From Octopus sinensis (Eukaryota), in NCBI RefSeq assembly GCF_006345805.1, contig NC_043002.1, forward strand, positions 930,001-994,000: a stretch of DNA of 64,000 bases. Direction: 5' to 3'. The translations under genes were made by a program, and so were the position numbers. The stretch's first letter is position 1, and each line of letters starts with the position of its first letter. Positions 12,840-26,224 of the stretch are shown one piece after another. The notes under the pieces were generated by a model. It did not search any database, was not told the origin of the DNA, and worked only from the letters and a program-made list of their open reading frames with translations.

Positions 12840-14092
12840 CAGGGGGTGGACAAAATAATGGAAATACCTTAAAATTTAAAACAAATTTATTGTAATACAG
12901 TGTAGGACTGCCTTTGGCAGTAATTGAATTCTATGAGGTATGGACTTATACAAAGTTTGAATTGTTTCCAAAGGAATTTTTTTCCATTCTTCAGCTAAAC
13001 CAGTCCCCAGTTCTTGTAGTGATGATGGTGGAGGATATCGACTCCTTACTTGTTTTTCTAAAATACACCATAAATGTTCAATAATATTGAGATCCGGGGA
13101 TTGTGGTGGCCAGATAAGATGTTCAACTTCACTAGAATGTTCCTTGTGTCATTCAGTAACAACTTTAGCTGTGTGAATTGGTGCATTATCATCCTGAAAG
13201 ATTGCATTTCCCTCTGGAAACAGTTCCGCAACCATAGGATGAATATGATTAGATAAAATGCTTAAATAGTCTTGATTATTAATTCTGCCATGAAGGGAAA
13301 CCATTGGGCCAGTGGATTTCCAAGATATAGCCCCACCCTCACATCATCACAGATCCTCCTCCATGTTTAACAGTTGAAAGAAGGCAGTCTGGGTCAAATG
13401 CTTCTTTTGGCTGTCTCCACGCGTATACTCGGCCGGGGGTTGGAAATACGGTAAAAGATGACTTGTCCAAGAAAATAACATTCTTCCACTGCTCAAGGGA
13501 CCAATTCTGTAGGTTGTTACTCTAAACGCTTTGCAACGTTTGTTTTTGAAAGTAATTTTTTTCTGATTGCAGCCCTCCCATGAAATCTGGTTTTGTGCAG
13601 CTCCTGGTGAACTGTTTTTCTGGAAACTTAGTTCTTGAGGTGGCCTTAAGCTCTGCAGTAATTTTGGGAGCTGCACTTTTGTGATCCTTTCTGACAATTC
13701 GTGTAAGAGTCTGATGGTCCCTATCTGAAAGTTTTGGTTTTCTTCTGGAGTTTTGTTTCAACGAGGAGGTTTTTTCTTTCTCAAAGGCTGTCTTTACTTT
13801 CAAGACAGTACTTCTTGATACACCAAAGATTTTGGCTGTTTTCTTTATGCTAGCGCTTTACATACCAGCACCAACAATTTGACCTCTTTGAATGTCCGAT
13901 AGATCTGTCATTTTAATGAATTTTAATTACCTTTTTCTGGTGGTATCTGAAAAAAATAGCAATTTTAGGAAAACATATTAAGCAACACTAATAATAAATT
14001 AAAAAAACATAAAAATAAACAAGCTTTTGACAGTTTTATAGATATTTCAAAATTATGGTGCTCTGTGTTTCTATTATTTTGTCCAACCCCTG
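12840..14092 (-). mobile_element. Near full-length degenerate Tc1 transposon
   Basis: TA-flanked TIRs cagggggtggacaaaataat / attattttgtccaacccctg; minus-strand WPPQSPDLNIIEHLW and Tc1-type N-terminal residues (KLSDRDHQTLTRIV). Confidence 0.92.
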
Positions 14093-15450
14093 TATACACA
14101 CACACACACACACACACACTTTCATGGTTTGTTTTGATTCTCTGTTCGTGTTTTGTGCTCATCCAATGTTTTATAATGCTGGAAGCATTGATATGTAAAT
14201 ATCAGACAATGTGAATGAGTGCTCAACACCATGAATCTTTATCCGCTAATGCAGTATTGAGCATTCATTCTCATTGTTCAATATTTACATGCACACACAC
14301 ACACACACACACACACGTACATATGTATGTGTGATTGTTGTAAATGAGTATCACTGCCATACAAGCAGTGTATGACATTCATTGCCAATCTTTCATGAAA
14401 ACCTCTCCAGTTATGGAGAAATATTACCTTGCTTGAAAATAAGCAAGGGTTTGTGAATTCCCTCCGACCCATGCAAGCATAAGAATAGGGACATGAAAAT
14501 GATGATCTTGATATGGAATATAAATATTTTAGCTGATAATTAATATTGACCAAACCAGGAATGAAAAGAAGTTATTAAAAGAAAAAGTTTCATCTTCAAA
14601 GCTCCATAAATTGTGGCATCTTCATTAGGAGACAAAGAACTGCAAAACTGGGAAACGTCTTTAACTGAATTAATTCCATTTTTCATTTGATGTCTTCACA
14701 AAATAATCATTAAAGTTGTTTTTGCTTTGTTTAATTCAATTATCAACTAAGGTCACAAATTGGATTTCACAGTAATTTCGTAGTCTAGCTCACTTGTTAG
14801 ACTTTGAAAACTGTGTCTGGATTATGGAAACATAATATCTGAAGTAAATATTTAAAAATAACTGTCAGTTTTAGTGTTAGTAAAAGCAGTATTTCTTAAA
14901 AAAAATCTAACATAAATTACTGAAAAGAAAAGAATGCTCAGTTGTTCTAAATTTCAAATTCACTTTCATGAAAGTAAAACAGATTTCTCTGATTATTTCT
15001 AAGAGAGGAGATGTTCTGAAATAAAGTAGTGATGACTCTTTACCCAAGAAAACAATTTCTTGTGTACTATGCCACAATATATACATTCAGTTCACTAGTT
15101 TTAAATGTTACTATATCAGAACCATTCAATTACGAAAGTCCTTCCAAATTAAGTATGCAGAATATGGGAGATGAAACTGGTTAAGAATGGCCCTACTCCT
15201 TATGAAAATACTCTCCAACCCATGGCCTTATGATTATTCTTGTAGGCATTATCGACATTAAAATGTTGATGGCTGCAATGACAATGATGATGATGATGAC
15301 ATTGGTGATTGATGAGTTATGAAATAATTTCAAACATAATAATAACAATCTTAAAATATAGTTGCTATTGAAATATTATTCTTTGTAATAAAAAAAAAGA
15401 GAGAAAGTGAATGAAATAAAAACCTTTAACTGTTTTTTGATTACTATTTA

Positions 15451-15920
15451 AGCTAACCGGCTTCCGTGCCAGTGGCACATAAGGGGTACCATTCGAGTGT
15501 GATCATTACCAGCGTCGCCTTACTGGCACTCGAGCCCCATGCTAGTAGGGTATTAAGAGCACCATCCGAGCGTGATCGTTGCCAGAGCGGCTATCTGGCC
15601 TCCGTGCCAGTGGCACGTAAAAGACACCATTCAAGCGTGATCGTTACCATCATCGCCTTACTGGCACCTGTGCCGGTGGCATGTGTAAAAGATTTGAGCG
15701 AGGTCGTTGCCAGTACCGCCTGACCGCCTCCGTGCCGGTGGCAAGTAAAAGCACCCACTACACTCGCGGAGTGGTTGGCATTAGGAAGGGCATCCAGCTG
15801 TAGAAACTCTGCCAGATCAAGATTGAAGCCTGGTGCAGCCATCTGGTTTGCCAGCCCTCAGTCAGATCGTCCAACCCATGCTAGCATGGAAAGCGGACGT
15901 TAAGCAATGATGATGATGAG
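15451..15920 (+). mobile_element. RTE-clade LINE 3' UTR and tail
   Basis: Near-identical organisation to 11862-12537 and 28228-28710. Confidence 0.8.
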
Positions 15921-16177
15921 GATTGTAACAATCCAGTTTGTCAATGATTTTGTAGTAAAGTTTTGTTTTTCCAGATGATGGAGAAGTATGATTTTAATTT
16001 GTATCTATTGGTTAATAAGATAAACTATAATATCGTAATGATGAAAGTTAACAAAAAATCTTAACTTATTACAACTTGTCCTGTCTTGTGTTCTTTCCTT
16101 TTAAATTTGACTTGATTTGTATATTTTATGTACATCTCTGGCATCAATTAATAATGGTACTTATTTGTGCTTTTTAG

Positions 16178-16238
16178 AAATCCCATTCATCTGGTGAAGA
16201 TGATCTTGAAGGATCAGAAAAAGAAGACCCATTAGAAG
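16178..16238 (+). CDS. WDR37: WDR37 internal coding exon (acidic linker, KSHSSGEDDLEGSEKEDPLE)
   Basis: tttttag acceptor, GT donor at 16239; 61 nt ending in phase 1, joins exon 19009 in frame; resembles the acidic linker (SGEDE..SDK) before the C-terminal WD repeats of vertebrate WDR37 as recalled. Confidence 0.75.
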
Positions 16239-16260
16239 GTATTTATTATAATTTATAATA

Positions 16261-16303
16261 TACTAGCATTATGACCCGTCGTTGCTGGGTCATAGTGCTA
16301 GTA
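16261..16303 (+). repeat. 17-bp-stem hairpin resembling a Helitron 3' end (ends CTAG|T)
   Basis: tactagcattatgaccc-gtcgttgct-gggtcatagtgctagta; related to the Helitron-like end at 34089. Confidence 0.65.
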
Positions 16304-16409
16304 CATGTATATATGTGTATATATATATATATATATGTGTACATATTACATGTACATCTATATATATATACATCTACACATAAAATACAAAATACAAAGT
16401 TATATCTTG

Positions 16410-17330
16410 ATATCACTAGTGATAACAATACTCAAAATATATAACAGACTGGAATTATAGGCCCGTCTCTTGCAATTTCGATCAATTGTATCTTGTCCTC
16501 CCTCTTGTATAGAAGTGTGGCTACAATCCAGCTTACCTCTACTTCTGGGGGGACATTTTGAATTTTTTCCGGGACGTCCTACGTCCCAGATATAAAGGTA
16601 AAAATAAAATATTTCCACTTTGCAAGGTTCGAGTCGAGTATTCCCTTGCACGCTCCGTTGACTCGAACCTTGCTTCTATTGTGGCGAATTTACCGCCTCT
16701 GGTTAGATATCTTTCATAGTCGCACCAAGACACTTTTCGATGGTGCTTTCCTCCAGGTGTTCAAATCTTTTTTTTTTCTCTACATTGTATACTTTATAGA
16801 CAATAGTCTTTTCTTTAATTTAATTTTTTATTTTGTTTGGTGGTGTTATCCTAGATTCACCGTCTTTGTCGGTGATCAATCCGAAATAGGTTTGTATTTC
16901 TTCCATTTTAATTTTAATGAGTTCGTGCCCGCCGACAGCTGCAGCGAAATCCATTTTTGGACTTTCTTCTATTGAAGGCATTCTAACAAAAATGCTTCCG
17001 TATAAACGGTGAAAATATTGTCAATTTCGCCAAACAGGGACACAATTCAATTTTTAAACAATAACCAAAGCTCCTTCTCCCAAAGGGGGAGGGTTACAGT
17101 TTACAATTATTTAACAAATGCAACACAACAACGTTTCCCTTACGAGGAACCAACAAACGTGATAACAATAGTTAAACAGCAAAAATAATAACGACAAACC
17201 TTACGATGAATCAGAAAGCAGTAAGCAGTTCAAGCTATAGTCCTTTGTGTATAAGAAATAAACCAACAGGAGCGGCTGTTCGAGAAAACAGATATTACAT
17301 ACAGCCAAACTTCATATCGATACTTAATGC
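16410..17330 (-). mobile_element. 5' portion (UTR plus ORF1 N-terminus) of an L1/Tx1-like non-LTR retrotransposon
   Basis: ATG at 16981; frameshifted ORF ...TIEARFESTERAREYSTRTLQSGNILFLPLYLGRRTSR/KIQNVPPEVEVSWIVATLL, resembling the RRM-type Tx1 ORF1 (NVPP motif); CpG-rich; 5' boundary uncertain. Confidence 0.55.
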
Positions 17331-17849
17331 TAGCTAATTAGCAGATAATTTAATGTAAAAGCTGTGGTAAAGTGTATGTGCACAGCTCCATCTGGACTAT
17401 TCCATTTCTGCACACTAATTTTATTTTTAATTTATTCCCATTCATGTGAAACCACTTGTTCAAGTCGTTGATGCAATTTTATACCAATTGCTATTTTTAC
17501 TTTTGTTATCTTACAATTATATTATACTTTAGTTTGATTTTAATTATTACTTACTACATATAATTCAATTGTTATTATTATCTCTAATTTTTATTGTTAA
17601 AGTGAAAGTATCTGACATAAAATAGAGAAACGTTTTTGTTTCACTTTTAACACGTAATACTGAAATAGTGGAGAAGATATGATATTGCTATGGGCTTGCT
17701 CTAGGCAAGAAGTTGAACTTTTTTTTGCCCATGAAACTACATGGACCCTAAGTAAGGCATGTGTAGAATTTGAATGGAATTGGTTGTGTAGTTCTCAAGT
17801 TTTAGGGAAACACACAGACAGACAGACACACATTCTCCAAAAAGGGTAA

Positions 17850-18900
17850 CCTGTAATGTGCCTTTTGGACTTAAAATTTTGCTCCCACATTCTATTTTTG
17901 ACCTAGTTTCTACAACTGGATGCCATATTTTATCCTACCATCCTCTGGCTTCCTTAGTCTGTATCCTCTTTGTTTTGTACCATTTTTGGGATGTCTTGAA
18001 CGAGCCATCTTAATTCATGGCTTTTTGCTTCACTTGGTGTTTGCCACAATAGACATCACTAGTCATTTATTGTAGTCATAAATACCTACTTTATAGGTTC
18101 TGCACATCCTGTCAAAACCTTGCTATTTCCATGGATACAAAAGTGGAATTGTTCTTTTATTTGAAGCTGAGAAATTCTTTTTAATTTTCTCCAGAATAAA
18201 TGTTTATGTGGTTGGCACATCCTGTTACAAACCCAAATGGTATTTTGATGGCTTGCTTCATCATTTCACACATCTCTAGTTGCCCACCTTCACTGTTTCA
18301 TTGTTTTGGTCTGTAATGTTACTGTTATTTTACTCACTTCCCACGTAACATTTTCTCATTAATAAAACCAATATCCAATGTCTTATTCTCACAGCTTCAT
18401 ACTTCCTGAATCGCATCAACTAATCCTCTGTAATCTGCCTTCATTTTAAATACCTTTGCTGATCTCAGCAGTTGCTCTTTCTTTTGGTTCCATTTTTAGA
18501 AGATTTTCTTCCCTGTTTCTCATTCAATAATCTCTTTATATGTCTCAGCCAATTGAGGGTACTTTATCTTCTATGTTTTGTGACAACTAACCTCCACATG
18601 GTGAGGACATTCCTTAAATCCATGGTATTCACAATTAATTGCTTTTTTTCTTGTAAAACCAATGTCCTATTAGTTCTCGAACCTGAATATGAGACGAGCA
18701 GTCATTGATTGCTCTGACATTTTGGAGTTTCTGTTGCGGATCGTAAGTTCATTTGTCGTAGAGAACAGTAGATTGCAGAAAGTAAGATCATTTGATTTTA
18801 ATCTTACAGCTGACATGATACCTCGTCCTGGTTCTCTTCACTTGAAATGTGAAAAAAAAAAGAGAAAAAAAAAGTCTTTTCCTATTGTCAAAGACTTGGA
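17850..18900 (-). mobile_element. Highly degenerate RTE-like LINE fragment
   Basis: Minus-strand LRWLVQDIPK resembles the LRWLGHV..M...RIPK region; otherwise eroded. Confidence 0.35.
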
Positions 18901-19008
18901 TATATTTCGAGGATTCCTGTTTAATTAGGAACAACATGAAATTTTGAATTTTGTAGTTATTGTCCCTTTTTGTCTTGTTTAATCTGTTTTGTCTCTCCTT
19001 TATTTTAG

Positions 19009-19194
19009 ATGGAATTGATTCATCACAAGAAGCTGCTTTAGTTAAAACCCCTGCTGTTGAACTGAATGGTCACATGTGTGTTGTCATTGCTGCTGATTGG
19101 ATGGCTGGTGGAGAGCAAGTGATTACAGCATCTTGGGATAGGACTGCCATATTGTATGAGTCGGAAACAGGAGAACAAGTTAACACTCTCACTG
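19009..19194 (+). CDS. WDR37: WDR37 internal coding exon (WD40 repeat)
   Basis: tattttag acceptor, GTAAG donor; encodes GHMCVVIAADWMAGGEQVITASWDRTAILYESETGEQVNTLTG, matching WDR37 HQGVVIAADW..GGKQAVTASWDRTA. Confidence 0.95.
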
Positions 19195-19382
19195 GTAAGA
19201 TTTTCACATATTTCCTGTAGATTTGTTGGACTTTGTTCAATATTTATACAGGTTCTGTTTCATGATATTAACGACTGCCTTCAGACGACCAGTTTCAGTT
19301 CTACCAAAGGCTTCTTTCTGTTTCTTTATTTTAAATTGGTGTTTACATTGATGATGATGATTGCTTTTTCTCTTTTATGCAG

Positions 19383-19521
19383 GGCATCACCAAGAGTTGA
19401 CAGATGTATGTGCACATCCATCTCAAAGACTCGTTGTAACGTCTTCCAAAGATACTACATTCAGATTATGGGATATGAGAGATCCTTCTTTAGAAGTCAA
19501 TGTTTTCCAGGGTCATACTCA
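19383..19521 (+). CDS. WDR37: WDR37 internal coding exon (WD40 repeat)
   Basis: tgcag acceptor, GTAAG donor; encodes [47 protein letters not shown]; phases match both neighbours. Confidence 0.95.
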
Positions 19522-20340
19522 GTAAGTAATCTTTTAATCCTAAATGCAATTGAGATAAAATTAGCTTTTTTTACCATTTTTCCTTGTTCCTACTGCTATC
19601 CATTCTGTGACACATCCATACTAACATTTTTGCTCTATAGATGGCTCACTGCCTTAAAGCCCTCTAATTTTCTTTATTCATTTCTGGCTTATGTTGTAAG
19701 ACTGCTTTCAAAATCTCATATGGTTGTTGTATGATGTGGAAACCATTTTATGCAAGCATGTATTGAAATTTCTAAAGCTCTTTCCTTCACAAACTTCATG
19801 AAGTACCAACTTCATCTCTGTGGTGTCACCTGCTTCTAGTGACTGTTGCAGCAGTTTATGGTTTGATTCCAAAGTCATTAAAAGTTACAGATTGCCTCAG
19901 TGCGTTTCATCCACCTAAAACTTTTGGTAGTGCCAGTTTATTATAGACGCCATTACAGCCCTCTCAAATGAATAGATCAGAGGCAGTTCTTTCGTATTTT
20001 CTTCCTGCATTTTGAGCAAAACCATTTCTGTGATGGTTTTGAACTTTTTGGCCCTTATTTATTTACTGCTTACCGCCTTACCACTCACTATGTGTAATGA
20101 TCTCGATGACGAAGGGTGTTTTTGATGGACATCTATTTCTACATCAAATTCCCTACCAATCCTGACCAAACTTTCACGTACCTAATTAGAATAATTAGGC
20201 TTCATTTAACTACATCTATTTCTTTTCATTGTCTCTCATCATTTCATCCCACTGTTCATCTTTACAACTAACGAGTGAACACACAAGTATAAGTCTTAAA
20301 CACACGAGTCTGGTTTACATGTATTCATTTTTTATACATA

Positions 20341-20715
20341 CAAGTGTGTCTGTGTGGTAAGAAGCTTGCATCCCAACCACATGGTTCTAGGTTCAGTCCC
20401 ACTGCATGGCATCTCGGGCAAGTGTCTTTTACTATAGCCTTGGGCTGACCAAATCTTTCTGAGTGAATTTGGTTGACGGAAACTGAAAGAAGCTTGTCAT
20501 ATATATATGTGTGTCTATGTTTGTTCCCCCACCATTGCTTGACAACCGATGCTGGTGTGTTTACGTCCCTGTGACTTAGTGGTTCAGCAAAAGAAACCGA
20601 TAGAATGAATATTAGGCTTACAAAGAATAAGTCCTGGGTCGATTTGTTCAATTAAAGGTGATGCTCCAGCATGGCCACAGTCCAATGACTGAAACAAGTA
20701 AAAGAATAAAAGAAT
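20341..20715 (+). mobile_element. Near full-length tRNA-derived SINE
   Basis: tRNA-like head, central (TA/TG) linker, 3' domain ending gaaacaagtaaaagaataaaagaat; homologous to 26225-26549 and 30820-30975. Confidence 0.85.
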
Positions 20716-20739
20716 GTGTACATAGATATTACTAGGAGT

Positions 20740-21319
20740 GTGTGTAGAGGTAGCTGCCTCTATGCCTCTTGTATGTGTTTGTGTATGTTTACATAAGTGC
20801 ATGTGTATGTCTGTATATTGTGTGTGCGTGTATATATATCATGAGTGTATAGAGGCAGCCGTCTATATGTCTCTTACATGCACATGTGTACATATATGCG
20901 TGACTATGTATGTTATATGTATGCATATATGTATACATATGTGTGTGTATATATATATATGTACATATATATATATGTATGTACATATATATATATATGT
21001 ATGTACATATATATATATATGTGTGTACATATATATATACGTGTGTACATATATATATATATATGTATGTACATATATATATATATGTATGTACATATAT
21101 ATATATATGTATGTACATATATATATATATGTATGTACATATATATATATATGTATGTACATATATATATATATGTATGTACATATATATATATATGTAT
21201 GTACATATATATATATATGTATGTACATATATATATATGTATGTACATATATATATATGTGTGTACATATATATATACGTGTGTACATATATATACATAT
21301 GTATGTACATATAAGTATC

Positions 21320-21381
<62 letters not shown>

Positions 21382-21400
21382 ATATGTTTATGTGTATATA
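20740..21400. repeat. (TA)n-derived microsatellite with higher-order ~22-24-nt unit (tatgtatgtacatatatatatata)
   Basis: Direct inspection. Confidence 0.95.
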
Positions 21401-21660
21401 TTTTTATATGCATCTCACTCACTATCTCTCCCTCTCTACATCCATCAGTTTCAAGGATGAATTTGATACAGTTATGTAGTGATAGAGTCTAAGTGATGGG
21501 GGGCAGAGAGAGGGGTAGTAATATGGAATGAAGAATTTGGCAATGTAGTTAGGTCATGCTGACATATGACCTATGTTAGAGCTTAACTGTGGTCTGTCCA
21601 TAGCACTTACTCAGCATTACCTGACACCTTTGGGTCTTATTGACACCATTACTGCTCATA

Positions 21661-21759
<99 letters not shown>

Positions 21760-21772
21760 GAGAGAGAGAGAG

Positions 21773-22262
21773 AGGGTGTGATGGGTAAATTGTCAGCATA
21801 TCATATTTCTAATTTCCTGCATGTGCATTGTTTGTTCTTGATTTTGTTGACTACACAGTATAGCAGGGTCAGTTGGGCACTGTCTGTGAGAAAAGAAGCA
21901 CCATGACATAATTCATTCTACCAGAAATTTGGAATCGACATATTCCAAATTTGGAATTGGCATTTGCGCTGGAAGTTACAATACAAACATTTCAGAGTGT
22001 TTGGGTGTCAGTCTGAGGACATGTACTGAGAGTGGCAAAAATCAAACATAGTTGTGTTTGGAGTGGTCACTAGTGATGGCGACATATTGCCTCCATTCAT
22101 CTTCCCAATGGCCCCACACTCAACATGGAGTCTGACATCAAATGCCTGAAGGAGGTAGTGCTTCCCTGGGTGAAGCAGTTGGTTACTGGAAGACCCCTAT
22201 GTCTGGCAACAGGACTCTGCACCATGCCGCCACTCACGCAGGAGAACACAGTCACGAAACAC
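21773..22262 (+). mobile_element. maT/DD37D-like transposon fragment
   Basis: VFGVVTSDGDILPPFIFP..KCLKEVVLPWVKQ..GRPYVWQQDSAPC; same type as 10522-11359. Confidence 0.8.
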
Positions 22263-23778
22263 TTGATATCTTGAATATGTATGTTATAGTAATCTGTGTA
22301 GGAAAGAAGTCCAGTGTGAGTTCCTGATGGAATATGTATTTAATGCATATTGTACATAGAATTGATGTGCAAAAATTTATCCAGGTTGGATAGGCAGCAA
22401 TGTGGCTAAGAAGCCATGCTTGAGATTTTGAAGTTCAAATGGTTGTTTGTGTAAGGGAAGCTTTCTTCCCTCCTGTATAAAATGTTCACTGTTGATATGA
22501 TATTCAGTTTCTCAGTACTACACAAGTTGCATTGGCTGCCACATCCCCTTAGCTATGATGCACCAATTTACATGGAAGTTGGCCTCATGTTTCTCTTTAA
22601 GTATCCATGCCATATTCGATGATGTTGCATGTTTTTTGTTCTCGTCTCTAAATGAAGCCAAGTGCTACATGTCTCTTTTCTTAAACGTATTTTACATCAT
22701 TTTGATGCAAGTTTTGATTGTTTTGTTTGTATCAGTGATGCTGGCCTTGTGCTGCAGTTCATTTCCTTGCTACATATTGTTCAGAGGACAATTATTGCGG
22801 GAGCTGAAATTACATAATCAAAGATTGTTGTTCCTAATGTTATTATTCTTATTGTGATTGGAAATCATTGACCCTGTGTTGGAGAGGCTAATTTGAACTA
22901 TATTTTCGATTAAAGATCATGTGATTTATGTGAGTGTGAGAAGTGGGTATCTGTTAGTTTCAGAAAATGTATATTTGTAGCCACATGCATTGTGTGTGAG
23001 GGGTTACCATATTTCCCTGTGACTACCTCTTTTTGTTCTATCTGTGTTTGATTTGGTATAAGTTATAATATTTTTAAAAAGCAGACCTTTCTAGAGCCAC
23101 ATTGTAATATGGGACTGCCTTTTGAAAGTTGTTTTATCAGAGGACAGGCTGGAAACACACTAACGCGATAAACTGTCATACCACACACATGCTTAGGTAC
23201 ATTATTTATATATCTGATAGAATATTAGACTTAGTGTTATCAGCCAAAGTGGAAGGTATGTAGCAATACAATTTCAATTTTTGCTCAGTAAATATGAAGA
23301 AGGAAAGAAAACAATTCTGTTCTGTCTACAGAATAAGTTACTTGTAATGAGAAAAAGATTTCTGCTGTTGCCATTAGAAGCAGCTTGTGTATTCTTTGAC
23401 TGTTGTGTTTGTTAAACAGTAAAGTGATTGGCATTAGGAAGGGCATCCAGCCACAGAAACCCTGCCAATGCAGACACTGGAGCATGATGCAGTTTTCAAA
23501 CCTGTTGGATCCTGTCAAATCCTGCAGCTCATGCCAGTTTGAAACATGATTGTTAAATGATGCAGATTATATGTATTCGCTTTAACCAATCATGGGAAAA
23601 CTGTGCTCCATGGAAATTTGAATGGCATCAAGAAAATTAGCTTGAAGATTCTTTAGTAGTGCAGCTCTCCTAATGATTAGCTGTGCCTTATGCAGCTCAT
23701 TTCTTTAGAGTGGTGACCCATGCCTTTGTTGAAGTTATATGTGTGTGTATGTATATATATATATATGTAATATATATA

Positions 23779-23816
<38 letters not shown>

Positions 23817-24699
23817 ATATCCAAATCCAAACAGTGTTTCATTAAACAGTATCATCAACATTATCATCCATTAAGTCCTTTTTTCCATGTTTGCATGGGT
23901 TGGATGAAATTTGTTGAGGTGGATTTTCAGCGGCTGGACGCCCTTCCTGTTGTCAACCCTCACCTTTTCCCATATAAAGTCATATTTCCCCAAGACCAGA
24001 CATGTTTTCACAGAAGATTGGATTGGATATTGTTTGCTTTATGGTGACATTCATTTATAGCCGTTACACAATGTCTGGAAAGGAAGCAGTAGTGCGCGCG
24101 CACACACACACACACACTTCTTTGAAGGTTGATGTGAGATTATGGGACAGAGAAAGGAACAGAGAAGAAAGAGATGATACGTGAACTTAATCGTCAAGGT
24201 GTCCTGTTTCCATTCACTTGAACATCAAATGGAAACCTGCAGCATCAGTTTTAGAAAAAAGAACAGGACATCGTTACAGGATATTTTTCATTGAAGAACT
24301 TGAATTGTCTTCAGTATAATCAACGGGAGTCAAATACTTGAAGATGGGGATCGGTTGCAGTTCTTCCCGATCACGTATAGAGTTGGTAAGGGAGGTAATT
24401 AATGATTATTTCCCTTTGACCAGAGACGGCCATGATAATTCTGGAACGGATTTCATAAAAATGTTGCACGTTTATAGAGTTGACTATTCGTGTCCCAGCC
24501 CCAGCTTTGTGCTGTATTTATTGCCACAACACATAGCTCTCAATGGCTCTGTTATCCTAAATAAACTAAGGCAGTTACTATTATATGCGGCGGGTAGCCT
24601 GTATGTTTGTGTGTTTTGTTGTCCTATAATGCTTTTTGAAAGGCAGTACTGATGGTCTTCGCTCTGGGTACGGCTCCTTATTCAGAGTTTAGTGGAAGC

Positions 24700-25480
24700 G
24701 ATGCCATTGATTTCTGTTTGAATGTTTTTAATTCAACAGTCCCGTGGCAACAATATGCGAGAGGAGAGAATTCCAGGGGGATAATGTTCTAGAGAGTGAC
24801 TGCTGGATGTGGTGCTTAGAGTGGGGTCTGGGAGTGTTGATCTGAACAAGTGTGAAGAGAAGAGACAACTAGGAGTGCTCAGCCACTTGCACATAATAAA
24901 TTTCACAAGTAGGCCATTCTGTTGATCAGATCAACTGGAACCCTTGTCGTAGTAACCAACGGAGTGCTGGTATTTATTGCCTGAGAAAGGAGACAAGATG
25001 GGCATAACTCGTTTTGGATGATGCTTTTGTTGTCTCGGTGGAAGGAGTCAGTGTGTGTTTGCTGTGTGTCTAGTTTGTGAATGAATGATTGATAGTTTGG
25101 AAAGGGAAGAATGAAGAATGATGACATGTCGTTGGACTGGGCGGTAATTAAGTGATTGATGCAATGAAGGAAGAGAGTTGGGGACAGAACTGAATGTATG
25201 GGGCATTGGGATTAATAGAATGGGGAAGAGAAAGAGTTTAGTAAAGACACATGACAAGAGTGCAATCTTGAGAGGAAGCCATTAACCTGAGTGATGGAAG
25301 ATCGATGGAGTTGGTAGGCAGCCAGTTTCATTCATGTCAGGTAAGTAGTTTTATTTGCTGATGTTGAGGGTAACCAAAGTAAGAACCTACTGGTGGTTTA
25401 GGGAGGAGAGTAGGTCCCTAGCAGATGTGGCTCTGCAGAAATCATACTGGTGAATTGGCTTTTTGGAAACCATACTGGTG
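24700..25480 (-). mobile_element. Degenerate L2/Crack-like LINE 3' coding end
   Basis: Minus strand FTLVQINTPR..HHIQQSLSRT / WNSLLSHIVA / LKTFKQK resembles the WNSLP..FK C-terminus. Confidence 0.55.
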
Positions 25481-25699
25481 GTTGCATAGGATCAGAATAT
25501 TCAGTGGAAATATTTAGACATTTATGCACATTACTTGAAAGTCTTAGAGTGCTCTACTAAAGGAGGAGGATAAGAAAATTTGATTTCATAGTCAAGAAAA
25601 CCAAAATCGAAAAATGACTCAATGTAAATGATACAGACAATTGTTTTATTGTCATCTAATATTAGTCAACATTATTTTGTGGTGTCTCTCATTAACTCT

Positions 25700-26200
25700 T
25701 GGACATTCTGTCTCTTGGGAGAACTTTTTTCTTCATGTCATTTAAATTATAAGTGTGATGTATTAAAATTAATTTTGAATGCTTGAGTTTGGAATTTCCC
25801 GAAATAATTTCTCTTGCCTCTACAGCAGCTGTAAACATAAAATCTCCTGGTGAACCTTTTTAAGTCTGAAGTTACTAAACCCACTGACCCATGTTCAGTT
25901 CCACATTCTTCACCCAAGAAGGACTTTGCACTCACAAACATCTGCCTATCCTTATTTCTGGTGAGAATGTAGCCAATCTGGCTTGTGGGCCCATGAAATT
26001 GATGGGTGATTGGATGGTTGGCAGGTTTCTTGAGGTTAGTATTGCAGACCAGCAACTCTAGCAGATTTGTTCCTTGCTTATTTCTTGTACCAGAGCCATA
26101 ACTTCCATGCACACCATGAAATCATCCATTGGAGAGTGCTGCTCAACATGACTGTTAACGTCACCAGCTACATTAATAATGTCATTGTCTTTCAATGTCA
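25700..26200 (-). mobile_element. RTE-clade LINE endonuclease fragment
   Basis: HGSYGSGTRNKQGTNLLE..NTNLKKPANHPIT..SQIGYILTR..KSFLGEEC. Confidence 0.8.
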
Positions 26201-26224
26201 AGGAAGTCTGTAAAAAGAATTCAG

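Noticed and set aside
14214-14272. 14-bp inverted repeat gaatgagtgctcaa / ttgagcattcattc
   Set aside because: Short, single and next to a common repeat; nothing supports function beyond chance or a TE remnant.
18960-19734. ORFs 18960-19220 and 19156-19734 as independent genes
   Set aside because: The first is the WDR37 exon read through into intron; the second is an off-frame ORF overlapping exon and intron.
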